In this document: positions 1-8,441 of the stretch, piece by piece
Layout: each line of letters starts with the position of its first letter
How positions within the stretch are numbered: position 1 is the first letter of the stretch
Assembly (NCBI GenBank): GCA_963720545.1
Contig: OY970399.1
Coordinates: 192,001 to 256,000, forward strand
DNA from: an uncultured Acidobacteriota bacterium
Lineage (GTDB): Bacteria; Acidobacteriota; Vicinamibacteria; Fen-336
Direction of reading: 5' to 3'
DNA: 64,000 nt
The notes under the pieces: model-generated
What the model was told of the DNA's origin: nothing
Seen by the model: only the letters and a program-made list of their open reading frames with translations
Database searches by the model: none
Translations under genes and position numbers: made by a program

Positions 1-156
1 CGAAGGAAAATCGTCAGCGAAGCCCGCATCTACGCCGCGCAAAAAGGCCTCTCCGAAACCCCGATCCGATTCGACGTAATCGCCGTGGAATGGGGCGGAA
101 CAGGCGAACCGCGGATCGATCACGTCGCCGGCGCCTTCGATTCCGAAGGGGCCTGA
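1..156 (+). CDS. yraN: YraN family (UPF0102) putative endonuclease, 3' part only
   Basis: Frame 1 reads ...TPIRFDVIAVEWGGTGEPRIDHVAGAFDSEGA*; the RFDV.....H...AF ending is typical of YraN. Start lies outside the window. Confidence 0.75.
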   Translation, partial: RRKIVSEARIYAAQKGLSETPIRFDVIAVEWGGTGEPRIDHVAGAFDSEGA

Positions 157-190
157 CATTTAGTAAGATCTCGAAGTCGCGCCAAAAAGT

Positions 191-265
191 GCGGGAATAA
201 CTCAGTGGTAGAGTGCGACCTTGCCAAGGTCGAAGTCGCGGGTTCGAATCCCGTTTCCCGCTCCA
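191..265 (+). tRNA. tRNA-Gly (GCC)
   Basis: GCGGGAA/TTCCCGC acceptor stem, anticodon arm CGACC-TTGCCAA-GGTCG, GGTTCGAATCC T-arm, encoded CCA. Confidence 0.97.
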
Positions 266-280
266 TCCCACCCTTGACGC

Positions 281-356
281 GGCGGCGTAGCCAAGTGGTT
301 AAGGCGGAGGTCTGCAAAACCTCTACTCGCCGGTTCAACTCCGGCCGCCGCCTCCA
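281..356 (+). tRNA. tRNA-Cys (GCA)
   Basis: GGCGGCG/CGCCGCC acceptor stem, anticodon loop CTGCAAA, GGTTCAACTCC T-arm, U73 discriminator and encoded CCA. Gly-Cys tandem is a common arrangement. Confidence 0.96.
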
Positions 357-427
357 CCTTTCCTGTTCGGGTGCACGAGCAACGTCCAGGTTCTGGTGAG
401 CGCCATTGCCCCGAATAAACTGGGGGC

Positions 428-865
428 ATGACGATCAAGAGACTGGATCACGTCAGCGTCGTTGTCGAAGAACTCCCAGGTGCGATTGCTTTTTTCACCG
501 CGCTCGGCATGACGGTCGAAGGCGAGGGGCCCGTCGAGGGGCCGTGGGTAGACCGGGTCAATGGGATCGACAATGTCCAGGTCGACATCGTCATGATGCG
601 GACCCCGGACGGGCACGGGAAGCTCGAGCTGACGAAGTTCCGCAATCCCAGGCTTGTCGAAATCGAACCCGCGATAGCACCGCCGAATGCGCTGGGGCTC
701 CGGAGCGTCATGTTCACAGTCGACAGCGTGGATGACGCTGTCGATCGCCTACGCACGCATGGCGGCGAACTGATCGGCGAGGTGGTCCAGTATGAGGACA
801 AGTACAGGCTCTGCTACATGCGCGGGCCTGCGGGCATCATCGTGGCGCTGGCCGAGGAACTCTGA
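428..865 (+). CDS. VOC/glyoxalase family protein
   Basis: LDHVSVVV N-terminal motif, KLEL, and C-terminal YMRGPAGIIVALAE, typical of glyoxalase/bleomycin-resistance proteins. Confidence 0.85.
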   Translation: MTIKRLDHVSVVVEELPGAIAFFTALGMTVEGEGPVEGPWVDRVNGIDNVQVDIVMMRTPDGHGKLELTKFRNPRLVEIEPAIAPPNALGLRSVMFTVDSVDDAVDRLRTHGGELIGEVVQYEDKYRLCYMRGPAGIIVALAEEL

Positions 866-1620
866 TGTTGAACCGCGTCAAGGCGATGCATGCGGCGGGG
901 AAGCCCTCCTTCGGGGTGCTGGCGACGATTCCCAGTGTGCAGGTGGTGCAGGTGCTGGCGAATTCGGGGCTCGATTGGATGCTCATCGACATGGAGCATG
1001 GGCCGATCGGGCTGGATGCGGCGCACGCGATGGTCGTGGCGACTTCGGGGACGCCGATGATTCCGTTCGTGCGGGTGGCGTGGAAGAACGGGTGGCTCGC
1101 GAAGCCGGTGATGGATCTGGGTGCGCTTGGCATCGGGTTTCCGGTGGTGAAGACACGGGCGGAGGCGGAGGCGGCGGTGCGTGCGGTGCGCTATCCGCCG
1201 GTCGGTGAGCGGCTCTGGGGGCCGTTCTATGCGCCGCTGCGCTGGGGCATGTCGATGGCGGATTACATGGCGGCCGCTAATTCCGAGGTCATGGCGATCG
1301 TCGTGATCGAGCATCCGGACGCGGTGCGCAACATCGACGAGATACTCAGTGTGCCCGGGATCGACCTTGCTGTGATCGGGACCGGCGACCTCGCGAGCGC
1401 GCTCGAGGTGCCTGGGCAGTTCGATCATCCCGCGGTGGTTTCTGCCGTGGCTGCCGCCGAGGCGGCGATACTGCGGAGCAAAGTGCCGCTGTGCGGGGTC
1501 GCGCGGACTCCGGCACAGGCGCAGGCGCTGCTGGGTCGGGGGTACTTGTCGGTGATGCTCGGTTTCGACTTCTTTCACCTGCAACGTTCGATCGCGGAGT
1601 TCCTCGCCGCCCTTCATTGA
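865..1620 (+). CDS. HpcH/HpaI aldolase family protein
   Basis: DWMLIDMEHG, RYPPVGER, IEH and GTGDL motifs; TGATG overlap with the upstream gene. Confidence 0.9.
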   Translation: MLNRVKAMHAAGKPSFGVLATIPSVQVVQVLANSGLDWMLIDMEHGPIGLDAAHAMVVATSGTPMIPFVRVAWKNGWLAKPVMDLGALGIGFPVVKTRAEAEAAVRAVRYPPVGERLWGPFYAPLRWGMSMADYMAAANSEVMAIVVIEHPDAVRNIDEILSVPGIDLAVIGTGDLASALEVPGQFDHPAVVSAVAAAEAAILRSKVPLCGVARTPAQAQALLGRGYLSVMLGFDFFHLQRSIAEFLAALH

Positions 1621-1664
1621 AGGGCGTGGCGTATGCTCGCGCTCCAACAGGGGAGGGCACGCCA

Positions 1665-3002
1665 ATGACGGTGGTCACGCGGCAGTTGGCCTGGAGCGCC
1701 GCTGTCGCGGCACTCGGGTCCTTTCTCTTCGGCTTCGACACCGCCGTCATCTCCGGCACCACCGACGCTCTGCGGCTGCGGTTCGGCCTGAACAGCAACC
1801 AGCTCGGGCTCACCGTGGCGAGCGCGCTGATCGGGACGATCATCGGCTCTCTCGCCGCCGGGAAGCCGGCGGAACGCTACGGGCGGCGGCCGGTGCTGGT
1901 GGCGGTGGCTGCCTTGTACATCGTTTCGGCGCTCGGCTGCGGCTTTGCATTCAATTGGTCTGCTCTCGTGATCGCGCGGCTGCTCGGTGGGCTGGGCGTC
2001 GGTGCCGCGTCGGTGGTGGCACCGCTCTACATCGCCGAGATTTCGCCCGCCGCGCTCCGCGGACGCCTGGTGGCGGTGAGCCAGTTCAACATCGTTTGCG
2101 GCATCCTGCTCGCGTACTTCTCGAACTACGTGATCGCGCAGATCGTTGGCGGGCCCGAGACGAACGCGTGGCGATACATGCTCGGCATCCAGGTGATCCC
2201 GGCGGCGATCTTCCTCTTCCTCGTGATGCGCATCCCTGAGAGCCCGCGGTGGCTGGTGAAGGAGCACCGTGCCTCCGAGGCGGTGGCGGTTCTCGGCGCA
2301 ATGGGGAACGAGGCGCCGCAGGCACTGGTTGCGGAAATCACGGCGTCCCTGCACGAAGAGTCTGTCTCGGCGAACGAGCCGCTGCTGCAGAAGAAGTACT
2401 CAAGACCCATCCTGCTCGCCGTCATGGTCGCCTCCTTCAATCAGCTTGCCGGCATCAACGCCCTCATCTACTACACCGCCGACATCTTCAGGATGGCGGG
2501 GGCAGGGCGCACCAGCGCGCTCTTGCAGTCGGTGATCATCGGCTTCACCAACCTGGTATTCACCATGATCGCGATGACGGTTATCGACCGCTACGGCCGG
2601 AAGCGGCTGCTGCTCATCGGCGCTGTCGGGCTGGCTTTTTGCCTTGGCCTCACCGCGTGGGCGTTTGCCACCGGCGCTTCAGGCACCATCGTGCTCGTGA
2701 GCCTCGTCGGCTACATCGCGTTCTTCGCGTTCTCCCAGGGCGCCGTGATCTGGGTGTACATCAGCGAGATCTTCCCCAACCGCGTGCGTGCCCGCGGCCA
2801 GGCGCTCGGCAGCTTCACGCACTGGTTCTGGGCAGCGCTCGTGAGCTGGACCTTTCCCATCATCGCCGAGGCGTCGGGGGCTGCCGCATTCGGCTTCTTC
2901 GCGGCCATGATGGTGCTGCAGTTCGTGCTGGTGCTGGTGTTCCTGCCCGAGACGAAGGGCCACTCGCTCGAGGAAATCCAGAAGCGGCTGGGGATCGCCT
3001 GA
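1665..3002 (+). CDS. Sugar porter family MFS transporter
   Basis: FGFDTAVISG, ERYGRR, YIAEISP, PESPRWL, DRYGRK, SEIFP and PETKG signatures. ATG 1665 follows GGGAGG. Confidence 0.93.
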   Translation: MTVVTRQLAWSAAVAALGSFLFGFDTAVISGTTDALRLRFGLNSNQLGLTVASALIGTIIGSLAAGKPAERYGRRPVLVAVAALYIVSALGCGFAFNWSALVIARLLGGLGVGAASVVAPLYIAEISPAALRGRLVAVSQFNIVCGILLAYFSNYVIAQIVGGPETNAWRYMLGIQVIPAAIFLFLVMRIPESPRWLVKEHRASEAVAVLGAMGNEAPQALVAEITASLHEESVSANEPLLQKKYSRPILLAVMVASFNQLAGINALIYYTADIFRMAGAGRTSALLQSVIIGFTNLVFTMIAMTVIDRYGRKRLLLIGAVGLAFCLGLTAWAFATGASGTIVLVSLVGYIAFFAFSQGAVIWVYISEIFPNRVRARGQALGSFTHWFWAALVSWTFPIIAEASGAAAFGFFAAMMVLQFVLVLVFLPETKGHSLEEIQKRLGIA

Positions 3003-4471
3003 TGTCTACGTACCACCTGGCTTTTCTCGCGCTTCTCCTGGCCTTACCCGGGCCGGCTTCATCTCCCGAACCGCTGCGGCCACTCCTGCATTTCACGCCG
3101 CCGCGCAACTTCATGAACGATCCCAACGGGCTGGTTTTCTACAAAGGGGAGTATCACCTCTTCTACCAGTACAACCCGAAGGGCACCGTTTGGGGACACA
3201 TGAGCTGGGGCCATGCGGTGAGCGCCGACATGCTCACCTGGAAGCACCTGCCGGTCGCGATGACCGAAGAGAACGGCATCATGGTGTTCTCGGGAAGCGC
3301 GGTGGTCGATCACGCCAACAGCAGCGGCTTCTGCAAGACGCAGGATGGCGACGCGTCGTGCCTGGTCGCGATCTACACCGGACACGGGCACGGCAAGCAG
3401 ACGCAGGACCTCGCGTACAGCAACGACCGCGGCCGCACGTGGACGAAGTACAAGGGCAACCCGGTGATCGACCTCGGGCTCGAGAACTTCCGCGATCCCA
3501 AGGTGTTCTGGCACGAGCCGACGAAGCGCTGGATCATGGTCACCGTGCTGGCCGACCAGCACAAAGTGCGGTTCTTCGGTTCGCGCGACCTCAAGGCCTG
3601 GGAGACGCTCAGCGACTTTGGCCCGGCCGGAGCGACAGGCGGCGTGTGGGAGTGTCCCGACCTGTTCGAACTTCCGGTGGACGGCAGCGCTTCGGAAAAG
3701 CGTTGGGTGCTCGACGTGGACATCAATCCCGGCGGGCGCGCCGGCGGTTCTGGTGGTCAGTATTTTGTCGGGACGTTCGACGGCACGCGCTTCGTCAACG
3801 ACAATCCGGCCGAACAGACCCTGTGGGTGGACTACGGCAAGGACTTCTACGCGACCACGTCTTTCGACAGCATTCCAGCCGCCGACGGGCGCCGGATCTG
3901 GATGGGCTGGATCAGCAACTGGCTCTACGCGAACGAGGAACCGACGCGCAAGTGGCGCGGCGCGCAGTCGCTGCCGCGCGAGGTCGGGTTGCGGCGCATG
4001 CCCGAAGGCGTGCGCCTCGTGCAGGCGCCGGTTCGCGAAATCGTGACGCGGCGTTCGTCCGCACCTGTGGCGGTGAACAGCGCCGCGCCACTGCCGGCGG
4101 CTGCCGACATCGAGTTCATTGCCACACGCGGCGACTGGCGCGAAGCCGGCGTGCGACTCTTCAACCAGAAAGGGGAGTCGCTCAGCCTCGGCATCGCCGC
4201 GGACCCACTCGAGGTATTCGTTGATCGCACACAGGCTCGTTCCGCACCATCCCACAAGGAGTATCCCGGCAGGCATTCCGGACCGGTACGCTGGCGCGAT
4301 GAACGCGTGACGCTGCGGGTCGTCTACGACCGCTCGGTCGTCGAAATCTTCGTGAACGACGGCGAGGCGGTGGTGACCGAGCGCTTCTATCCGGCCACTC
4401 CCTTCACGTCGATCGAGCCGCTGCCGGGGAAGGGCCTGTCCGGGCCGGTGCGGATGTGGGAGTTGCGGTAG
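3002..4471 (+). CDS. Secreted GH32 glycoside hydrolase (levanase/beta-fructofuranosidase)
   Basis: Catalytic motifs MNDPNG, FRDPKV and WECPD; N-terminal signal peptide; TGATG overlap with the MFS gene. Confidence 0.93.
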   Translation: MSTYHLAFLALLLALPGPASSPEPLRPLLHFTPPRNFMNDPNGLVFYKGEYHLFYQYNPKGTVWGHMSWGHAVSADMLTWKHLPVAMTEENGIMVFSGSAVVDHANSSGFCKTQDGDASCLVAIYTGHGHGKQTQDLAYSNDRGRTWTKYKGNPVIDLGLENFRDPKVFWHEPTKRWIMVTVLADQHKVRFFGSRDLKAWETLSDFGPAGATGGVWECPDLFELPVDGSASEKRWVLDVDINPGGRAGGSGGQYFVGTFDGTRFVNDNPAEQTLWVDYGKDFYATTSFDSIPAADGRRIWMGWISNWLYANEEPTRKWRGAQSLPREVGLRRMPEGVRLVQAPVREIVTRRSSAPVAVNSAAPLPAAADIEFIATRGDWREAGVRLFNQKGESLSLGIAADPLEVFVDRTQARSAPSHKEYPGRHSGPVRWRDERVTLRVVYDRSVVEIFVNDGEAVVTERFYPATPFTSIEPLPGKGLSGPVRMWELR

Positions 4472-4553
4472 GGGAGGCCTGTCCCCCGTCCTGAGGCGAG
4501 GACATCCAGCCAATCAGACGCTGCATAAACCCTTACCCTTGAAGAAGTGCGGC

Positions 4554-4569
4554 TGGCACTCTTCCTGCT
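4554..4569 (+). promoter_or_regulatory. Putative sigma-54 (-24/-12) promoter
   Basis: TGGCACTCTTCCTGCT has GG-N10-GC spacing and a TGGCAC core; it lies in the intergenic region ~80 nt before the barrel gene. Confidence 0.6.
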
Positions 4570-4647
4570 CTGTTCCTGGCCGTGCGATGCCCGCACATTT
4601 GTTGACGAAACACACAATCCACCACAGGGCATCGCGAAAGGAGCGTC

Positions 4648-5337
4648 ATGCGCCGTCTTGCCGCGTTGTTCGCACTGGGGATGTTCATTTCCGCCGCCGA
4701 CACTGCCCGCGCCGCCGGCCTCGACCTGCGGCTCGGCGCGTTCACGCCCAAGGCCGAGAGCAGCCTCTTCAGGGACGACTCGGAGCTGTACACCGTCTCG
4801 AAGCGTGACTGGCGCGGCCTGACCGGCGGGGCCGAGTACAACTTCAACATCTCGCCCAACGTCGAGTTCGGCATCAGCCTCGACGGTTATTCGAAGAGCA
4901 TCGACACCGTGTATCGCGACTTCGTCGGCGACAACGACCGCGACGTGCCGCAGACCCTGCGCCTCACCGCGGTGCCGCTCGGCGTCAACCTGCGCTTCGT
5001 GCCGTCGCGCCGCATGTCGATCATGCCGTACGCGGCCGTGGGCGCCGACCTGTTCTTCTACAAGTACGAGGAGTTCGGCGAGTTCATCGACTTCCAGGAT
5101 CCGACGCTGCCGATCGTGTCCGATGCGTTCGAGACGAATGGTGTCGCGCCGGGCGTGCATGTCGCCGGCGGCCTGCGTATTCCGCTCAACTACGACTTCG
5201 CCCTCACCGTGGAAGGCAAGTACCAGTGGGCGAAGGACGATCTCGGAGACGACTTCCGCCCGCAGCCCAACCAGGCGCCGCTCAACCTCGACCTCACCGG
5301 CTGGAGCGTCACGGCGGGAGTGAACATCCGCTTCTAG
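4648..5337 (+). CDS. Outer membrane beta-barrel protein (OmpA/OmpW-like)
   Basis: AAGGAG RBS, signal peptide ending ARA, alternating beta-strand pattern, C-terminal ...GVNIRF. Confidence 0.8.
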   Translation: MRRLAALFALGMFISAADTARAAGLDLRLGAFTPKAESSLFRDDSELYTVSKRDWRGLTGGAEYNFNISPNVEFGISLDGYSKSIDTVYRDFVGDNDRDVPQTLRLTAVPLGVNLRFVPSRRMSIMPYAAVGADLFFYKYEEFGEFIDFQDPTLPIVSDAFETNGVAPGVHVAGGLRIPLNYDFALTVEGKYQWAKDDLGDDFRPQPNQAPLNLDLTGWSVTAGVNIRF

Positions 5338-5387
5338 CGTTCCGCGTTCGCCGTTGAAAATGCGGGGGCACGGTACCATCGCCTGAG

Positions 5388-7094
5388 ATGGCATGGCCCG
5401 GCCCCCGCCGGCTCCTCAAGAGCTACCAGATACCGAAGTCGCTCCCGATCGACCTCGGGCTCCTCGCCGCAGTCGGCTTCCTCGCATCGTTCCTGCTGCT
5501 CGGCACCTCTTCGCTGCGTCCCTACAACGCGGCCGGCCTCGACACCAGCCCCTCGCTGCTGCCGCTCTACCTGATGTTGTCGCTCGCACGGCTCGGGCTC
5601 GCCTACGCTGTGGCGCTGCTGCTGGCGCTCGCCGTCGGCAACTGGGCGGCGCGCTCGGCGTTTGCGCGGCGGCTGATCCTGCCGATCCTCGACGTGCTGC
5701 AGTCGGTGCCGATCCTCGGCTTCTTCCCGGTGGCGGTCGGCTTCTTCATCGCGCTTTTTCGCGGCTCCGGCCTGGGGGTCGAGGCAGCCGCGGTGTTCCT
5801 GATCTTCACGTCGATGTTCTGGAACATGGCGTTCGGCGTCTACGAGAGCCTCATCACCATTCCCGAAGACCTGACGGCCGTCTCCAACCAGCTCGGCCTG
5901 CACGGCCGGCTGCGCTGGAGCCGCCTCTACCTGCCGGCGATCGTGCCCGGCCTCCTCTACAACTCGCTCGTCTCGTGGGCCAACGGCTGGTACTTCCTGA
6001 TCGCGAGCGAGATCATCGCGGTCGGCCCCGCGCGCTACACGCTGCCGGGCCTCGGCAGCTACCTTGCCGAGGCGGTGGCCGAGGGACGCAGCAACCAGAC
6101 CACGCTCGCGCTCGTCACGCTGCTTTTGACCACCGTCTCTATGCATCTCCTGCTGTGGAGCCCGCTCGCCACCTGGGCTGAACGCTTTCGGCTCGACGAA
6201 TCGGGCGACCGGCCGCGCATTCCGCTCGTGGCGCGCACCCTCGGGCGCAGCCAGATCATCCGCTTCATCACCCGTCACGTCGCGATCCCGGGCGGGCAGC
6301 AGGCCCTGGCCCTTGGCGGGCGTGTGCTCGACGCGATGGGCCGCCACGGCCGCTTCATCGGCGTCGGTCTCGCGCTCGTCGTGCTGCCGGTGGGCGGCCT
6401 CTTCTTCTGGCGCGTGGCGCAGCTGTTCCTGGCGCGGCCGCTGTCGGCGGAGCTGAACCTCATCCCGCTCGACCTGTTCCTCAGCCTGCTGCGGGTCGCC
6501 GCCGGCGTTGCGCTCAGCGTCGCGCTGGCGCTGCCGCTTGCGTACTGGCTCGGCCGCAGGCCGGACTGGCGCAACCCGTCGCTCGCCGTCATCCAGATCC
6601 TCGCGAGCCTGCCCGCGACGGCGTTCTTCCCGCTCATCGTCGTGCTGGTCACCTGGGGGCTGGGCATGAACGCGGCCGCGGTGCTGCTCGCGATGACGAC
6701 GATGTTCTGGTACGTGCTCTTCAACGTGCTCGGCGCCGCGACCGCGCTGCCGAAGGAACTGCGCGAGGTGTCGGCGAGCCTGGGGCTGCGCCGCACGCTC
6801 TTCCTCAGGAGGGTGTTCGTGCCGGCCGTGCTGCCCGGCCTCATCACCGGCTGCATCACCGCGTGGGGCGCCGGCTGGAACGCGATGATCCTCTGCGAGT
6901 ACATCGACATCCAGGGCCGCGTGCTGCGGGTGCGCGGCATCGGCGCGGCGCTCGATCACGCGACCTACAACACCGGCGACATGCAGGTGGTGGCGGCTTG
7001 CCTGCTGGCGATGGTGATCCTCATCGTGCTGGTCAACCGCGTCTTCTGGGATCCGCTCTACCAGTATGCCGCGCGCTTTAAGATGGAACTTTGA
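5388..7094 (+). CDS. ABC transporter permease, duplicated NitT/TauT-type membrane domains
   Basis: Two BPD_transp_1-like halves (DVLQSVPILGF...W.FLIASE and QILASLP...GAGWNA.ILCE). Confidence 0.85.
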   Translation: MAWPGPRRLLKSYQIPKSLPIDLGLLAAVGFLASFLLLGTSSLRPYNAAGLDTSPSLLPLYLMLSLARLGLAYAVALLLALAVGNWAARSAFARRLILPILDVLQSVPILGFFPVAVGFFIALFRGSGLGVEAAAVFLIFTSMFWNMAFGVYESLITIPEDLTAVSNQLGLHGRLRWSRLYLPAIVPGLLYNSLVSWANGWYFLIASEIIAVGPARYTLPGLGSYLAEAVAEGRSNQTTLALVTLLLTTVSMHLLLWSPLATWAERFRLDESGDRPRIPLVARTLGRSQIIRFITRHVAIPGGQQALALGGRVLDAMGRHGRFIGVGLALVVLPVGGLFFWRVAQLFLARPLSAELNLIPLDLFLSLLRVAAGVALSVALALPLAYWLGRRPDWRNPSLAVIQILASLPATAFFPLIVVLVTWGLGMNAAAVLLAMTTMFWYVLFNVLGAATALPKELREVSASLGLRRTLFLRRVFVPAVLPGLITGCITAWGAGWNAMILCEYIDIQGRVLRVRGIGAALDHATYNTGDMQVVAACLLAMVILIVLVNRVFWDPLYQYAARFKMEL

Positions 7095-7885
7095 CAACCC
7101 CCGGCCTGCCACTCACAACACCTGCGGCCGATAGCCCACGACGCGTCCTGGTACGGGCGGAGGCCGTCGAGCAGCTCTACGACAAGAAGATAGCCATCCT
7201 CGGGCCGCTCGACCTCGACGTGTTCGAGGGCGAGTTCCTGGCGCTCGTCGGCCCGTCCGGCGGCGGCAAGAGCACCCTGCTGCGTCTGGTGGCCGGGCTC
7301 CTGAAGCCGTCGCGCGGCGTGATCCGTGTGGGCGGCAAGCCGCTGCGCGGCGTCAACCGCCAGGCGGCCGTGGTCTTCCAGTCGTTCGCGCTCTTTCCGT
7401 GGATGAGCGTCATCGACAACGTTTCGGTGGGGCTGGAGGCCGCCGGCTTCGCGCTGCGCGAGCGCCTGCGGCGCGCGGAGAAGTACATCCACCTGACCGG
7501 GCTCACGGGCTACGAGCGCGCCTATCCGAAGGAACTGTCGCGCGGCATGAAGCAGCTCGTCGGCATCGCCCGCGCGCTGGCGCTCGAGCCGGAGCTTCTA
7601 TGTCTCGACGAGCCGTTCTCGGCGCTCGACGTGCTCACCGCGCGCACCATCCGCGAGCGCATGGTGGAGCTGTGGGGGTCCGCCGCCGTGCCGACCAAGA
7701 GCATCCTGCTCGTCACCCACAGCATCGAGGAGGCGGCGCTGCTCGCCGACCGCGTCGTGATCCTGCGCGGCCATCCGGGACTCGTCGTCGAGTCGCTCGA
7801 CCTGCTGCGCCTGCCCCGTCCGAGGAATGCGGAGAGCCCCGCGCTGCGCGAGGTGGTGGACCGCATGTATTCGCTTCTCGCGTGA
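7091..7885 (+). CDS. ABC transporter ATP-binding protein (NitT/TauT family)
   Basis: Walker A GPSGGGKST, VFQSFALFPW, variant signature LSRGMKQ, LDEPFSALD, VTHSIEEA. Confidence 0.9.
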   Translation: MTTPGLPLTTPAADSPRRVLVRAEAVEQLYDKKIAILGPLDLDVFEGEFLALVGPSGGGKSTLLRLVAGLLKPSRGVIRVGGKPLRGVNRQAAVVFQSFALFPWMSVIDNVSVGLEAAGFALRERLRRAEKYIHLTGLTGYERAYPKELSRGMKQLVGIARALALEPELLCLDEPFSALDVLTARTIRERMVELWGSAAVPTKSILLVTHSIEEAALLADRVVILRGHPGLVVESLDLLRLPRPRNAESPALREVVDRMYSLLA

Positions 7886-7907
7886 GCGTCAAGAAGGAGC
7901 ATTGCCC

Positions 7908-8393
7908 ATGGGTCCTGGCTTAGCCCCGCTGCCGCACGCGTCGATCGCCACCATCATCGGCCTGCTCGACCATCTCGAGCACACCGCGGCGCACCGCGAG
8001 GACGTCTACAAGCTGGGCGGCCCTCTCGGCTTCGAGCTCGACGACCTGTTGCCGGTGACCGAGGCGGCCAAGAAGCTCGGCCTCGTGACCATCACCGGCG
8101 GCGACATCACGCTCACCGCCGAAGGTTTGACCGTCGCGCAGGGGAGCGAGGAGCTGCGCAAGAAGAGGCTGCGGCGGAAGGTGGAGAAACTGCCGCTCGT
8201 GGCCCGCATCCGCCGTGCCTTGGTGAGCGAGAGCACAGGCCGGGTGGCACGCAAGGACCTGCTGGAGCCGCTGGAGGAGCAGTTCTCGCCCATGGAGGCG
8301 AGCCGCCAGCTGCAGACGGCGCTGGAATGGGCGCGCTACACCGGGCTTTTCGACTTCGACGCCGACGCCGAGGACTTCGTACTGCCCGAATGA
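7908..8393 (+). CDS. Stand-alone C-terminal AAA-associated domain protein (AAA_assoc_C-like)
   Basis: Own AAGGAG RBS. LP.....IIGLL, ELDDLLPV.EAA..LG and W.RY..LF.FD match the domain usually fused to NitT-type ATPases. Confidence 0.75.
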   Translation: MGPGLAPLPHASIATIIGLLDHLEHTAAHREDVYKLGGPLGFELDDLLPVTEAAKKLGLVTITGGDITLTAEGLTVAQGSEELRKKRLRRKVEKLPLVARIRRALVSESTGRVARKDLLEPLEEQFSPMEASRQLQTALEWARYTGLFDFDADAEDFVLPE

Positions 8394-8441
8394 GGAGTTT
8401 GCTACCATGACGAAGACGGGTACTCAGGCGAGGGATATCTA

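Noticed and set aside
14..438. Short ORFs overlapping the tRNAs
   Set aside because: They are translations of tRNA-Gly and tRNA-Cys sequence, a common false CDS call.
281..4650. Possible integrative element at tRNA-Cys
   Set aside because: No integrase and no duplicated tRNA 3' end found by eye.
7885..7908. Frameshift or pseudogene explanation for the split ABC ATPase
   Set aside because: Clean stop at the domain boundary and a dedicated AAGGAG + ATG argue for a real two-gene arrangement.
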